64,000 bases of DNA, from assembly GCA_013265495.1 (NCBI GenBank), contig MU058423.1:1315061-1379060 (forward strand), written 5' to 3'. The translations under genes were made by a program, and so were the position numbers. Below the pieces are notes generated by a model. That model made no database searches, was not told where the DNA came from, and saw nothing but the letters and a program-made list of their open reading frames with translations. Source of the DNA: Vicugna vicugna. Taxonomy: Eukaryota. Below are positions 22,843-33,159 of this stretch, one piece after another; positions within the stretch are counted from its first letter, which is position 1; each line of letters starts with the position of its first letter.

Positions 22843-24664
22843 AGAGCCAGGATTTAAACGCAGGAATTCAAAGCCCAGTGTGCCTTCTGCCTGCAGCACC
22901 CCACCACCCTACCCTCAGTCAGCAGGACGGAGTTCCAGTTTGAACTGGGAGGCAGTTGGCTGATCATTCACAAACTCTCCATCTCCAGCTATGGAAAGAC
23001 TGTGAGGTGAAGGCCCACCTCAGTCGTGAACTGAAGTATCACGTGCTCCGGCAGGAAGCCCCATTATGACCTTGGGGAACAGACAGTTTCCTCCGGTTAG
23101 TGTTGTGGGTGAAGGTTCCACCTCCTTCCCCAGAGCAAGCTGGTAAACAACCTTAGCCCCTCCTCCCACCCCTAGACCTGCAACCAGGACTGTTGCTAGA
23201 GCAACTGATTCTTTCCATTTCCTGATAAGCAGGGGACTGGTATCTGGGCCCCCTGTGGAATAAGTACCAATTTGAGTTTGGTTTCTTTTGTGCGCTGTTA
23301 CAGAGAAAAAAAGAGAAAGAAAGCAAAAGGAAAACAAAACAGGTTTTAACTGCACAGCCCCATTCACCACGGGAAGCTGATACTCGTGGTTTCTCAGGTA
23401 TTCACATCTTGATTGCTGCTCAGACCTCACACCCTTCGTGTGGTCCATGAACATGCTGAGTACTGCTCCATTCTGCTTCCTCTCAGCTGCAGGGACACAA
23501 GAGAGCTCTGTTAAACATACCTCTGATGTAAGTGGCAACCGTATTAACACAGATATCCCAATTACTCAAAGCATTTTTGTAACTAAAATCCCCCTTGGTC
23601 TTCACAGGAAGCCTGCTGTTTATGTTGGGTGTGAAAGCTCCTCTGAGCACTGAGATGCTACTGCCTTGGAGCCAGGTTCAGGTTTGTGTAGTTCAATCCG
23701 CAGCACCAACCAAGGTACCTGGGACACAGGAAAGACTCAGGAAATGAGAGCTGTGAGAAAAAATGTTACAGTGAGATGTGAAACGAGAGGAGTGGTGTTA
23801 TGATGAAGTAGGTTGTGGCTTTTTTCAGCTCTTAGAAAAGTCTGATATGGGCATCCACTGAGGCTGAGGCTGGTCCTTATTTTTGGGTCAGTGTGTAAAT
23901 CCCAAGAGGGTGAACTCCCCGAGGGCACTGAGTTTGAGCAGCTCTGTTCAGCAGAGTCCACTTTGGGGACAGGTGTCAATTTGGTATGTATAGCTAAATA
24001 GACATGTGGGCACCTATGTGAGTTCATGTGTACATACACACCTATGTGCATCTATCTCTTTAAAAATGACTGAGACACAAGACAAAATAATATTTTCTGC
24101 AGAGGCCAAAGGAAGGGAGAAGAGAGCAGTCTCTGAGACCCAAGTGGGCAGCCTTGGTCGTGAGGGGAATGCCAGTCCTGCCTCCAGCCTTTCTACCCAA
24201 CCATCTTTCTCACTTCCCTTCAGGTCCCTGCCCATTATGACCTTCCTCCTTTTTCCACACGATGTCTTTCAAAGCCTTTCATCATTTCCTTAGCTTCCCC
24301 TACTCGATGGTCATGGTCAAGGTTGTTCGGCACAGTTCCCTTCTGAGCCAGGCAGGGGCAAGGGGAGAGGAAGGGACTCAGGGTGTGGGTTTGTACCTTC
24401 TTGGGCTCTGTTCTCAGGGTGACCATGGGTAGTTGGTGGTTGATGTCATTAATCAGTCAATGAACAAGTATTTACTGATGTCTGTGTTCCAAGGCTGTGC
24501 TCATTGCTCTCTCTAGTATCTGCTCATTAAGGGGGAAAAAGAGAAAAAAAATTGAAGACAGTTATCCATCAGATCCCTTCCTTGAGCTGAAGATAGGGGC
24601 TTGGACACTCAAGTCCCAGGTTCTTATCCTGATAGTCGCTAATCAATTGTATAATAACAAGGCT

Positions 24665-24667
<3 letters not shown>

Positions 24668-24720
<53 letters not shown>
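24668..24720. repeat. (CA)n microsatellite
   Basis: Perfect CA run. Confidence 0.97.
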
Positions 24721-24722
<2 letters not shown>

Positions 24723-24980
24723 CCTGGGAGGCCAAAGACTAAGTTTTCAAGACGGGGATTTTCCTGCTGCTGAAACCATGCCTGCAGTGGTGGCAGCCCT
24801 TGACAGGGACAGCCTGGGGCATAGGATGCCTCCGATAGTGTCTCTTCTGACTTGACATTCTACAATTCTAGGTTCTTTCTGTCAAGACCTGGCAAGAATA
24901 TAGTTAACGAGACAAGTGAGATGTAGAGAAAGAAAAAGGGTGTGGAATAAAGGGATTTTACTGTGGTCAATAAATAAGGA

Positions 24981-25061
24981 CATTTCATTGCAATTTGTTC
25001 ATTTCATTGCATTTCATTCCAAATTCATTGCATTTCATTCAATTCATTGCATTTCACTGCA
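24981..25061. repeat. Degenerate tandem repeat of CATTT/CATTG units
   Basis: 'catttcattgca', 'ttcattgcatttcattc' repeated several times. Confidence 0.8.
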
Positions 25062-26574
25062 AGGAGAAGAGAAGCTCAAACGAGCCAGTCAAAACTCATG
25101 TGGAAGACATCTCAGTAAACGTGTTATAAAAGATCACTGTTCAAAATATCAAAAAGGTGATAGAAGATGCACTAAACTGGAAGAAAAGGTATAGGGTTGA
25201 GAAGACTATAAGAAGAGTTAAGCTTATTAATTTATGGCTCATCTAGAGTAATTTTAGATTTACTGCGTAAGCCTTGTTTAGCCATCTCAAACCAAACTTT
25301 GACTCTGAAATGTTAGTTACTGTAGTCATGGGACAGAGATGGTTTTTAAGTTTCCCTCAGTGGGACGAGAAAAATATGTAGTTCCGGGGAAATGTACAAG
25401 TAGACAAGGAGGCAATAAATAGATGAATGTAGGATCAGTACTTTGGGTAAATTGTGTTCATTCAGGTAAAGTAATGTATCTTCATGGTGCTGGTTTGGTT
25501 CTGTTCTGTCCACTTGCCACACATTTCGCAGGTAGATATGTTTGATTTACAAGACTCGTTTACACGTTTAGGAGATGTGATTGTTGGATTAATATGTCTT
25601 CCCTGCCAGAAATTTGCATAGTTGGAGAACTCAGTCGTTTTGCACTTCTAAATGTAGAAATGTCTAAGGATCTTCGATGAATTACAAAGCCATGCATGAT
25701 CTTCATGTAGGGGCCCCTTCTTTTCCTGCTACAATGGTGAATGGGGGGCTTATTTCCCTATAATTTCTGTAGAACTATCTGCCTTATCTCTAAGGGGTCA
25801 TTCACATCGCTGAGGACTTTTAGTAGCTGTGACTTCTCTTATGATGAGCTTCTGTCCCATACATGAAAAAGCAACAATAAGAATAGCAACAAAACCCAAA
25901 CTGACTGGGGAATTCCTCGGTGTGGAAGGTAGGGCAGTTTAGGAGCAGCAAGCAGACTGGCCTGACTGTAATCACACAAGATATCTGTCCTAGGACATCG
26001 TGGGAAGCTTTGAGGACCAGATCACTTGTCAGCTCAAGAACCTAGAGATAAGGTTCCCATCCTAGTGGGAATTTAAAGTTTCACTTTACCTGCTGTGTGA
26101 CCTTGGGCAAATTTCTTAGCATCTCTGAACCTGTTTTGTCATCTGCCAAGCAGAGCTAGTAACACCTAGCTCAAAGGGTTATTAGTAATGCTGATTTGCA
26201 ATAATATTTGTAAAGTGCTTAGCATAGTTCCTGGAACATATAAAGAGCTCAATCCATGAGAACTGTCTGTTCCTATTAAGTGAATGGCCAAAGAGGACTA
26301 AGAAACTCCTAAGTTATTATCAAGGTGTTGGGACAGTAGTTCGGCTCATCAAATACATACTAACCATGAACTAATGTCATAGTCATAGCACTGGGGTTTA
26401 TTCATATTTGTTCAACAAACATTTATTAAGCAGATGTTTTTTAGGGACATTGGTTTTGCCTGTTGGTTGTTCAGAGCCCTGACTAGTACTGAAAAGACAC
26501 CTCCAAATTCTTACACTTTTTGTTCTTTTTCTTCTGAGTGTATTCTGTATTCAGAGAGGTTTTTAAAAAGGAGA

Positions 26575-27056
26575 TAGAGCTAAGTGAAAGAAGCCAGCCT
26601 GAAAATGCTACATGCTGTATGATTCCAATTCTATGACATCCTGGAAATGGCAAAACTATGGAGACAGTAAAAAGACCAGTGGTTGCCAGGGGTTCCAGGG
26701 AGGGAAGGAGGCATGGATAGGTGGAATACAGGGGATTTTTAGCGCCGTGAAACCATTCCATGTGATGCTGCAATGGTGGAGACATGTCATTATGTATTTG
26801 TCAAAACTCAGAATTCACAAGACAAAGAGCAAACCCTAATGTTAACTATGGAATTTAGTTAATAATAGTGTATCAGTATTGGCTCATCAATTGTAACAAA
26901 TGTACTGCACTTATGTGAGATGCTAATAATTGGCAAAACTATGTGTGAAGGTCGAAGTGAGGGAATATGTAAGAATTCTCTGTACTTTCCATTCAATTTT
27001 TCTTAAACCTAAAATTGTTCTAAAAATTAGTCTATTCGCTAAAGAAAAAAAAAAAG
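26575..27056 (+). mobile_element. L1 3' end (L1MC/L1MB-like) with A tail
   Basis: 'gctaagtgaaagaagccag..tgtatgattccaatt..ggagacagtaaaaag..gtggttgccagggg..aaaccctaatgttaactatgga' and an A-rich end. Confidence 0.85.
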
Positions 27057-28138
27057 GAATTAGAAATTTCACTACCCATTTTGTCCCCTAGTCCTACCTC
27101 CTAAAGATTAAATTCGATTCCACAGGCTGGAATGCAGGTTTTTTCATCATGTCCCTGAAACATGCTGTGTTTCTCTTAATCCCAGCATCTCTACATTATA
27201 ATATCCTTCCCACAAGAATGCAAATGCTTAGTCATCTTTATGAGATCACATCAGTCTTCTGTTCAGACCTCCCAACGGCTTCCCATTCCAAGCGCTTTGT
27301 GTGAATTAACTCATTTAATCCTTAAAACAACACTGTGAGGGGTCTTGTCTCCATCAAGTACGAGAAAACTGAATCACAGAGAGGTTAAGAAACGTGTCCA
27401 ATGTAATGGAGCTGGTAACTGGCAGAGCTGGGATAGCCTCCTAAGTGGGCTGGCTCCAGAGTTTGCAGAAAAGTACCAGAAAACCCCAAAATGTTTTGAG
27501 TTGCAGGCCACACACATTTTGGGGTGGTGAAATCATTTTAGGGTGCCTTATATAAGCATATTTTTAAAAAATTCAATAATAGAATGGAAGAAAAAAGAGG
27601 AATTCCCTTGCACATAGTCGAAGTATTGTTTTGTGAAACTTTTGTGTTTTTTGGATACGACCTGTCTGTACGTGTGTTTGTGCTGAGTGCCGTGTAAAAC
27701 GTATTTGAAAAGCTCATTGCATTAATCTGCAAGGAGCGTTGTTACCTCAGGTAATAAGAAGCACAGAGCTGAGGCAGCGCCAGGCTCCTGCCAGCCCAGT
27801 CATACCTGGATCCCGCCTGTTACTCTGCGAGCTGGTTCGTCCTGTTCTGCTGCATGTGCTGGCTTCATCTCAGCAGGTCCTGTCATCATATCCAAACTGA
27901 GTGATGTCCAGAGGTGGAAAAACACCATCCCTTCTAGAGAAATCTATGCCAGAAGTCTTCGGCAGATTTCCCCTTGACCAGGGTAGACACTTCCTTACCT
28001 CTCACTGGGCCAGAGCTAAGTCACATGCCCACTTTAAATCATTCGTGAGAAAGGAGACTAGGACTGCTATGATCAGATTCCACTGATCTGATAAAACTCT
28101 GAATAAAGATTTCCAGCAAAGACAAAAGTCACAATGGT

Positions 28139-28287
28139 GGGGGCAGGGTATAGCTCGGTGGTAGAGTGCATGCTTATCACGCATGAGGTCCTGGGTTCAA
28201 TCCCCAGTAACTCCATTAAAAAAAAAAATTTCTAAAAAATAAATAAAATAAAATCATGACATATGAGATAACCACAGGGGAACAAAT
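28139..28287 (+). mobile_element. vic-1-like tRNA-Ala SINE with atypical 3' extension
   Basis: 'gggtatagctcggtggtagagtgcatgcttatcacgcatgaggtcctgggttcaatccccagta'. TSD aaa(a/g)gtcacaatgg at 28124-28137 and 28288-28301. Confidence 0.88.
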
Positions 28288-30394
28288 AAAGGTCACAATG
28301 GGTGTTAAGCAGCCTAAGTGTTTGCCGTGAGTAGAACTTGGAAGACCAAAAATGTTTCAAGTAATTTTCTGTCTTCTTAGAGATGGAAGCTTAGGGCAGA
28401 CTACTCATCTAGTCATTCACCATTAATTCCATTGAGAAATATTTAGCAATATCCTAGTGTGTGCCTGGCACTGTGCTAGGCACTGGGGACACAAAGGTGA
28501 GCAAAAGAGACATGATCCATGCATCCTGGGGGTGACTCTAGGAAGGGAGAGAGTTGTTACACAACTAATCTCAGAAATATATGTGTAACTATAAATCGTT
28601 AAGTGCTTTTAAGAAAACAAAGGAAACAGTGTGATCTGAGGTTGTAAAAGGAGGATCTGATTTAAATCGGGTGGAGAAAGTCAAGGTTTGGTCAAGGTTA
28701 TCCAAATATAGAGCAGAGGCCCTTGTCTAGGAGAGAGAATGTAAAAGGTGGTCTTAGTTTCCAATATTCAGATGTCCTCTCCTAATCCTGGGAATCATTG
28801 AAGATTCCTGGAAGATGTATAGGTTATCGTTCAAGTCATTTCTCACAGGAGATCAGAAGCCAAGACTCCAAGGTGGCTTGAAGGACAGACAGCTGAGCTT
28901 CTGTGCACCTCAAGCTGTGAAGAGGAATTGTACAGGACTATGGACCACGTTACTCTGTACTGAAGGACCCATCCTTTGGAGGTGTTTTGTTTTTGTTGTT
29001 GTGGTTCTAGTGTTTTGTGCCAAAGGATAGGATCACATCCGGTGTCTGGGGCAGCAGTCCCCGTGAATGTAATAAACCTCACCACCGTCAATCATCCTGG
29101 AATATGTGAGTACTGAGGCAGGGCTGGGCTCAGGGGCATTTCCACTGCAGCCAGGTCCCTGCAACATGGGGGCAGAACCTGGGGGCAGGCAGAGAAGTGC
29201 CAGGAAAGGACCCATCTGCAGACCCCAAGAGCAGTGATACTCTGTTTTCAAGTTCTCTGTTTTGCAGTATACTTCTCTTATCACAAGACCTTCAGCAAGT
29301 CCTAAGAAACCTTATTTCCTGATCTCAGGTACCACTGTATGGAACTGGAGATAGAACCAATGTCCAAGTTGGGCAAAACAGTACAGGGGAGAGCAGAAGT
29401 TGTCTTGAGACAAACATGCATAACCGTGGAAGGAGAAAGTAGTAGTCTGGATCTCTGTTGCAGACTGTGATGACAAGCAACTGCCAGAACTGGTCTGCGG
29501 AGCATGTAAACATTTTTACGAGTTTCCCAGAAATACCTGGAAAGAGGAGCCTGGTAATAAACAGTGCTTCTGCAATTAAAAAGAAGAAGCTGAGACTACA
29601 GTGATTCGGGCATAAAGGGATATATGAAGTTTGGACTTTGGAATTACTTATCTATTCTCTCTGGTTTTCACAAGCACCCTGCAGAGTGATTTGGCTATTT
29701 TGGGAGAGTGAGGCGTAGGAAATGCCTAACCCAAGGCAAGTAAGCGGCAGCCTGGGGCTAAGTCCAAGCACCCCAGACCATTGTGTTGTGCCATGTACAT
29801 TCCCTGAATGAAACTGACCTGTGCGCTTCCTTTCAAGACCTTTGGGAAAAGTGGGCTGGTTAATTTTCTTCCACTCCACAGCCAGACTCTGAGAGAATAG
29901 CCAGAGGAATAGGGTGGGGGACAGTAACCACAAGAAGAAAAAGGGGGGAAAACCTTTTCTCTTAGCAGAAACTGAGGCATCTCATTTTATCCTTTAACTT
30001 CCCACTTCCTCATCTACAGATTAATCCACATCTATACCCATTCCCCTCAAACAGAGTTCTTTTTCCCATTTAAAGCCAGTCTTCCGCCAAAGCCTGGACT
30101 TCCATCGTCTCCCTCTCCTTTCACATCTTTTTCCACCTGCCTCTTTCTTGTACGCTACATCTCTTCCCTCCTGCTTCCTCCCCTGGTGCCCATAAATATG
30201 CTCTCATCTTTCCCATCATAACCCCCACTTTAATCCCGAGTTTCCTTCAAACTATGGACCAATTAACTTCTTTCATATTGTTATCCACACTTCTCAAAAG
30301 TGTAGATTTACACTTGTTAACTTCATCTCCTTCCATCCCAATAATTTCTCAATTCATTCTCATTTATGCCACCCTCATATCCTAATGAACGCTT

Positions 30395-30915
30395 TTAAAA
30401 AATGTTTTAAAGTTTCACGTACTTATGAAAAAGTTCATCAAGGTGTACAGTGCAAAGAATGATCACATAGTGAACACACCTCTGTGTCTGCCACCAGATT
30501 AAGAAATAGAACATTACTAGCACCTCGGAAATCCTATAGTGTTCTTCCAACCATTACTTTCTCCTTCCTCCCTAAATGGAGCATCATCCTGACTTCTCAT
30601 TCCATACATTAGTTTTGCTTGTTTTTAACTTTGCGTAAATGGGAACTAACAACATGACCTCTGTTTGTGTCTGGCTCTTCTGTGCAGCATTCTGTTTGTG
30701 TGATGTGGCTATGCTACTGCAGGCAGCCGTGGTTTATTCATTCTAACTGCCGTCTAGTACTCCATTTTAAGAATATGCTGCAATTCATCCATTCCACTGT
30801 TTATGGACATTTGAGGTTATTTCCAGTTTGAGATGATTTCAAATAAAATTCAATATAAATATTCTTGTATACATCTTTTTGGTGGGCATACACACACATT
30901 TCTTCATCTGTTTTT
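30395..30915 (-). mobile_element. Old L1 (L1ME-like) 3' fragment
   Basis: 'accagattaagaaatagaacattactagcacc..gttttgcttgtttttaactttg..ggacatttgaggttatttccagttt' is typical of the L1ME reverse strand. Confidence 0.75.
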
Positions 30916-30938
30916 AAAGGAAGGAAGTAGTTTGGTTG

Positions 30939-31582
30939 TGAGACAGGATGGACGGGGGCAGGGCACAGCCACTCAAGGAATGACAGCAACCAAAATGGTG
31001 GAAGATTCACCTCCTAGCTGGCCTTGAGGATTAAGAGGTTTGACTTCTAGCAGACCTGGAGCTTCATTATATGCTCACTGTAACAGTGTGATCAAATAAC
31101 ATGCCCGCAGGCACCATGACAATCCCAAGGCTAACCGCAAAAGGCCAAAGAATGGGCCATGGCCTAATTCCTGGTAATCTCAGCCCCTTCCCCAGGGCAG
31201 TTGGAATGATCCCACCTGTAGACGTGTGAAGCTACCAGACCATAAAAACTGACAGTACCACACCTAGTGGCCTTTTCGCTCCCTCCCCTTCGGAGACGGC
31301 CCGCACTCTGTCTATGGAATGGAGTGTGTACCTACTTTTACTTTAGTCGGAGCACCCAATGGCCGCACTTCTTTCCTTGCATTTCTCTTGCCTTTCTCTT
31401 GCCTTACACTTTATGCAGTATGTATCTCTCTAAATAAATCTGCCTTTACTTAGTGGTGGCTCGCACTTGAATTCTTTTCTGTGCAAAGCCAAGGAACCAC
31501 ATTTGTGGGGGCATATCCCAGGGGCTCAAGCGAGACATGGGACACAGCCCTCCTCAAGTCCCACATCCGTTTTCCTGCATCA
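30939..31582 (+). mobile_element. MER41-like ERV1 solo LTR
   Basis: TG...CA termini, exact 4-bp TSD GTTG (30935-30938 and 31583-31586) and internal AATAAA. Colinear MER41-type blocks include 'accaaaatgg', 'tcattatatgct', 'gcaccatgaca', 'cataaaaact', 'ctctgtctatgga' and 'gaattctttt..gcaaagccaaggaacc'. Confidence 0.8.
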
Positions 31583-33011
31583 GTTGGGACCACCATAAAA
31601 TAGGTTGGGAAAAATTAAGGCACAATTATAGTCAGCCAATTGGAAAAGTTAACCATGAACAACTACTATACTCACACAGAAATACATAAGACATGAATGC
31701 AGCCAAGAGAAGGTACTGGGAGAAGATATGTCTCCTCGTGTGTGGAAATAGAGAGAATATGGAACAGAAACTGTGCAATTAAGACTGTGTAATTCAGCAC
31801 AAAATTGCATAGGCCCAGAGTAGAAGCAACTTTTAGAACCTCTGGGCCAAGACTAGACAGTTTAATATCAGGCTGGATTCCTCGCTCCTGCTCACCCATA
31901 GTCTGTGACAGGAGAGTCACCTGGAGACCACGCATGACAGAAGAAGGGGGCTGTAGGTCTGGGGGACATTTCTGTAGATCCCAGACATATATCTGCCACA
32001 GTGTCCTCTTCCCTCTGCCTTCCACACCTGAAATTGAAGCTAAAATCTCTGTGAATGGAAAATTTTCATATAAGCTCTGCACGCTCTCTACGGTTTCCAC
32101 CCTACAGATACAGGTCCTGCGAGGGAGAGGGGAGCCAGGGCAGATTCCAAGAAATAAGTGGGGCTTATCAAATGCAAATTTCATCCCTGACAACTGAAGC
32201 TTGAAATATGGGCATACATGGAAGCCAGCGAAGGTGAGAAGGGTGGAGAGGAGCTGAAAGGCTGTACTGGGGTGCGGCTAGCTGCAGCTATCCTCACCAT
32301 CCTCATCATTATTATCATCTCCCTTTAAATTTTATCACGTAAGAGTTTACAAAGAACTTTCTATCCCTTAACTTTCACATCTATGCGGGTGGCAGGGCCA
32401 GGATTACCCTTATTTTGCTGATCTGCCCCAGAACAAGCTGGATAGAAGGCGGGGTCAAGACCCTAACCCGCATCTTCAGTCCCTCCTCAAGAGCCGGCAG
32501 GTCTCGGGTCGGTTCCTTGGGGAAGAGGAATCGGGAAAAGAGAAATGCTTCTCCCCACGGGGGAGAAGGACAAATACGGGTAAGAGATCTGGAAATGGCC
32601 AGAGGCTAAAGCAGTTGCAGGGGTGAGATGGACGGGTTGGAAAGGTGTGTCGGCTCTAAAAACTCTATCCCCTTCTGGGAAAAGTCCGGAGCCACCAGGA
32701 AGGTGCACGGATGCCCACCGGGCGGGCACTCCCGGCGCTTGCCGCGGAGGTAGGGGGTGACTTCGCTGCGACCCCGCCCGCATTTGGGGACTGCGGGGCT
32801 CGGAAAGTCACGCTTCCCGGGGTGCCCCACGGAGGGTGGGAGCGAGGTGGCGCCGCCCCTCCCGGACACGCGTCGAGCGCCCTCTGTCACCCCAGCCGCC
32901 CAGCCCGGGGCCGAGGGAAGAGCGGGCCCGCCCAGGTGCGCGGGGGTTGGGCTGGAGTCCGGAAGGTGCGCCGCCCCGCCCCGGGCCTGCTCCCTCGGAC
33001 TCCCCCCGCGT

Positions 33012-33023
33012 GAAAGTGAAAGT
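33012..33023 (+). promoter_or_regulatory. IRF-E / ISRE-like element (GAAAGTGAAAGT)
   Basis: Exact match to the IRF1/IRF2 (also PRDM1) consensus, about 80 bp upstream of the exon 1a ATG. Confidence 0.7.
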
Positions 33024-33101
33024 GTCGGGCCCGCGGAGGTCGCGCCTTGGGGGGCGGGGCCGGCGTGGACCTGGGAACTGGCGCCGGGCACTCGAGGGGC
33101 C

Positions 33102-33159
33102 ATGGATGGGCTCGGCCGCCGCCTGCGAGCCAGCCTGAGACTGAAGCGCGGCCGTGGGG
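33102..33159 (+). CDS. DENND2D: DENND2D alternative first coding exon 1a
   Basis: gccATGG Kozak context; MDGLGRRLRASLRLKRGRG+G|gttagt (phase 1). Confidence 0.9.

Noticed and set aside
23020..23550. 176-aa minus-strand ORF
   Set aside because: Non-ATG start, low-complexity composition and no domain similarity.
31672..32197. Opposing 173-aa and 130-aa ORFs upstream of DENND2D
   Set aside because: No recognisable homology or splice support.
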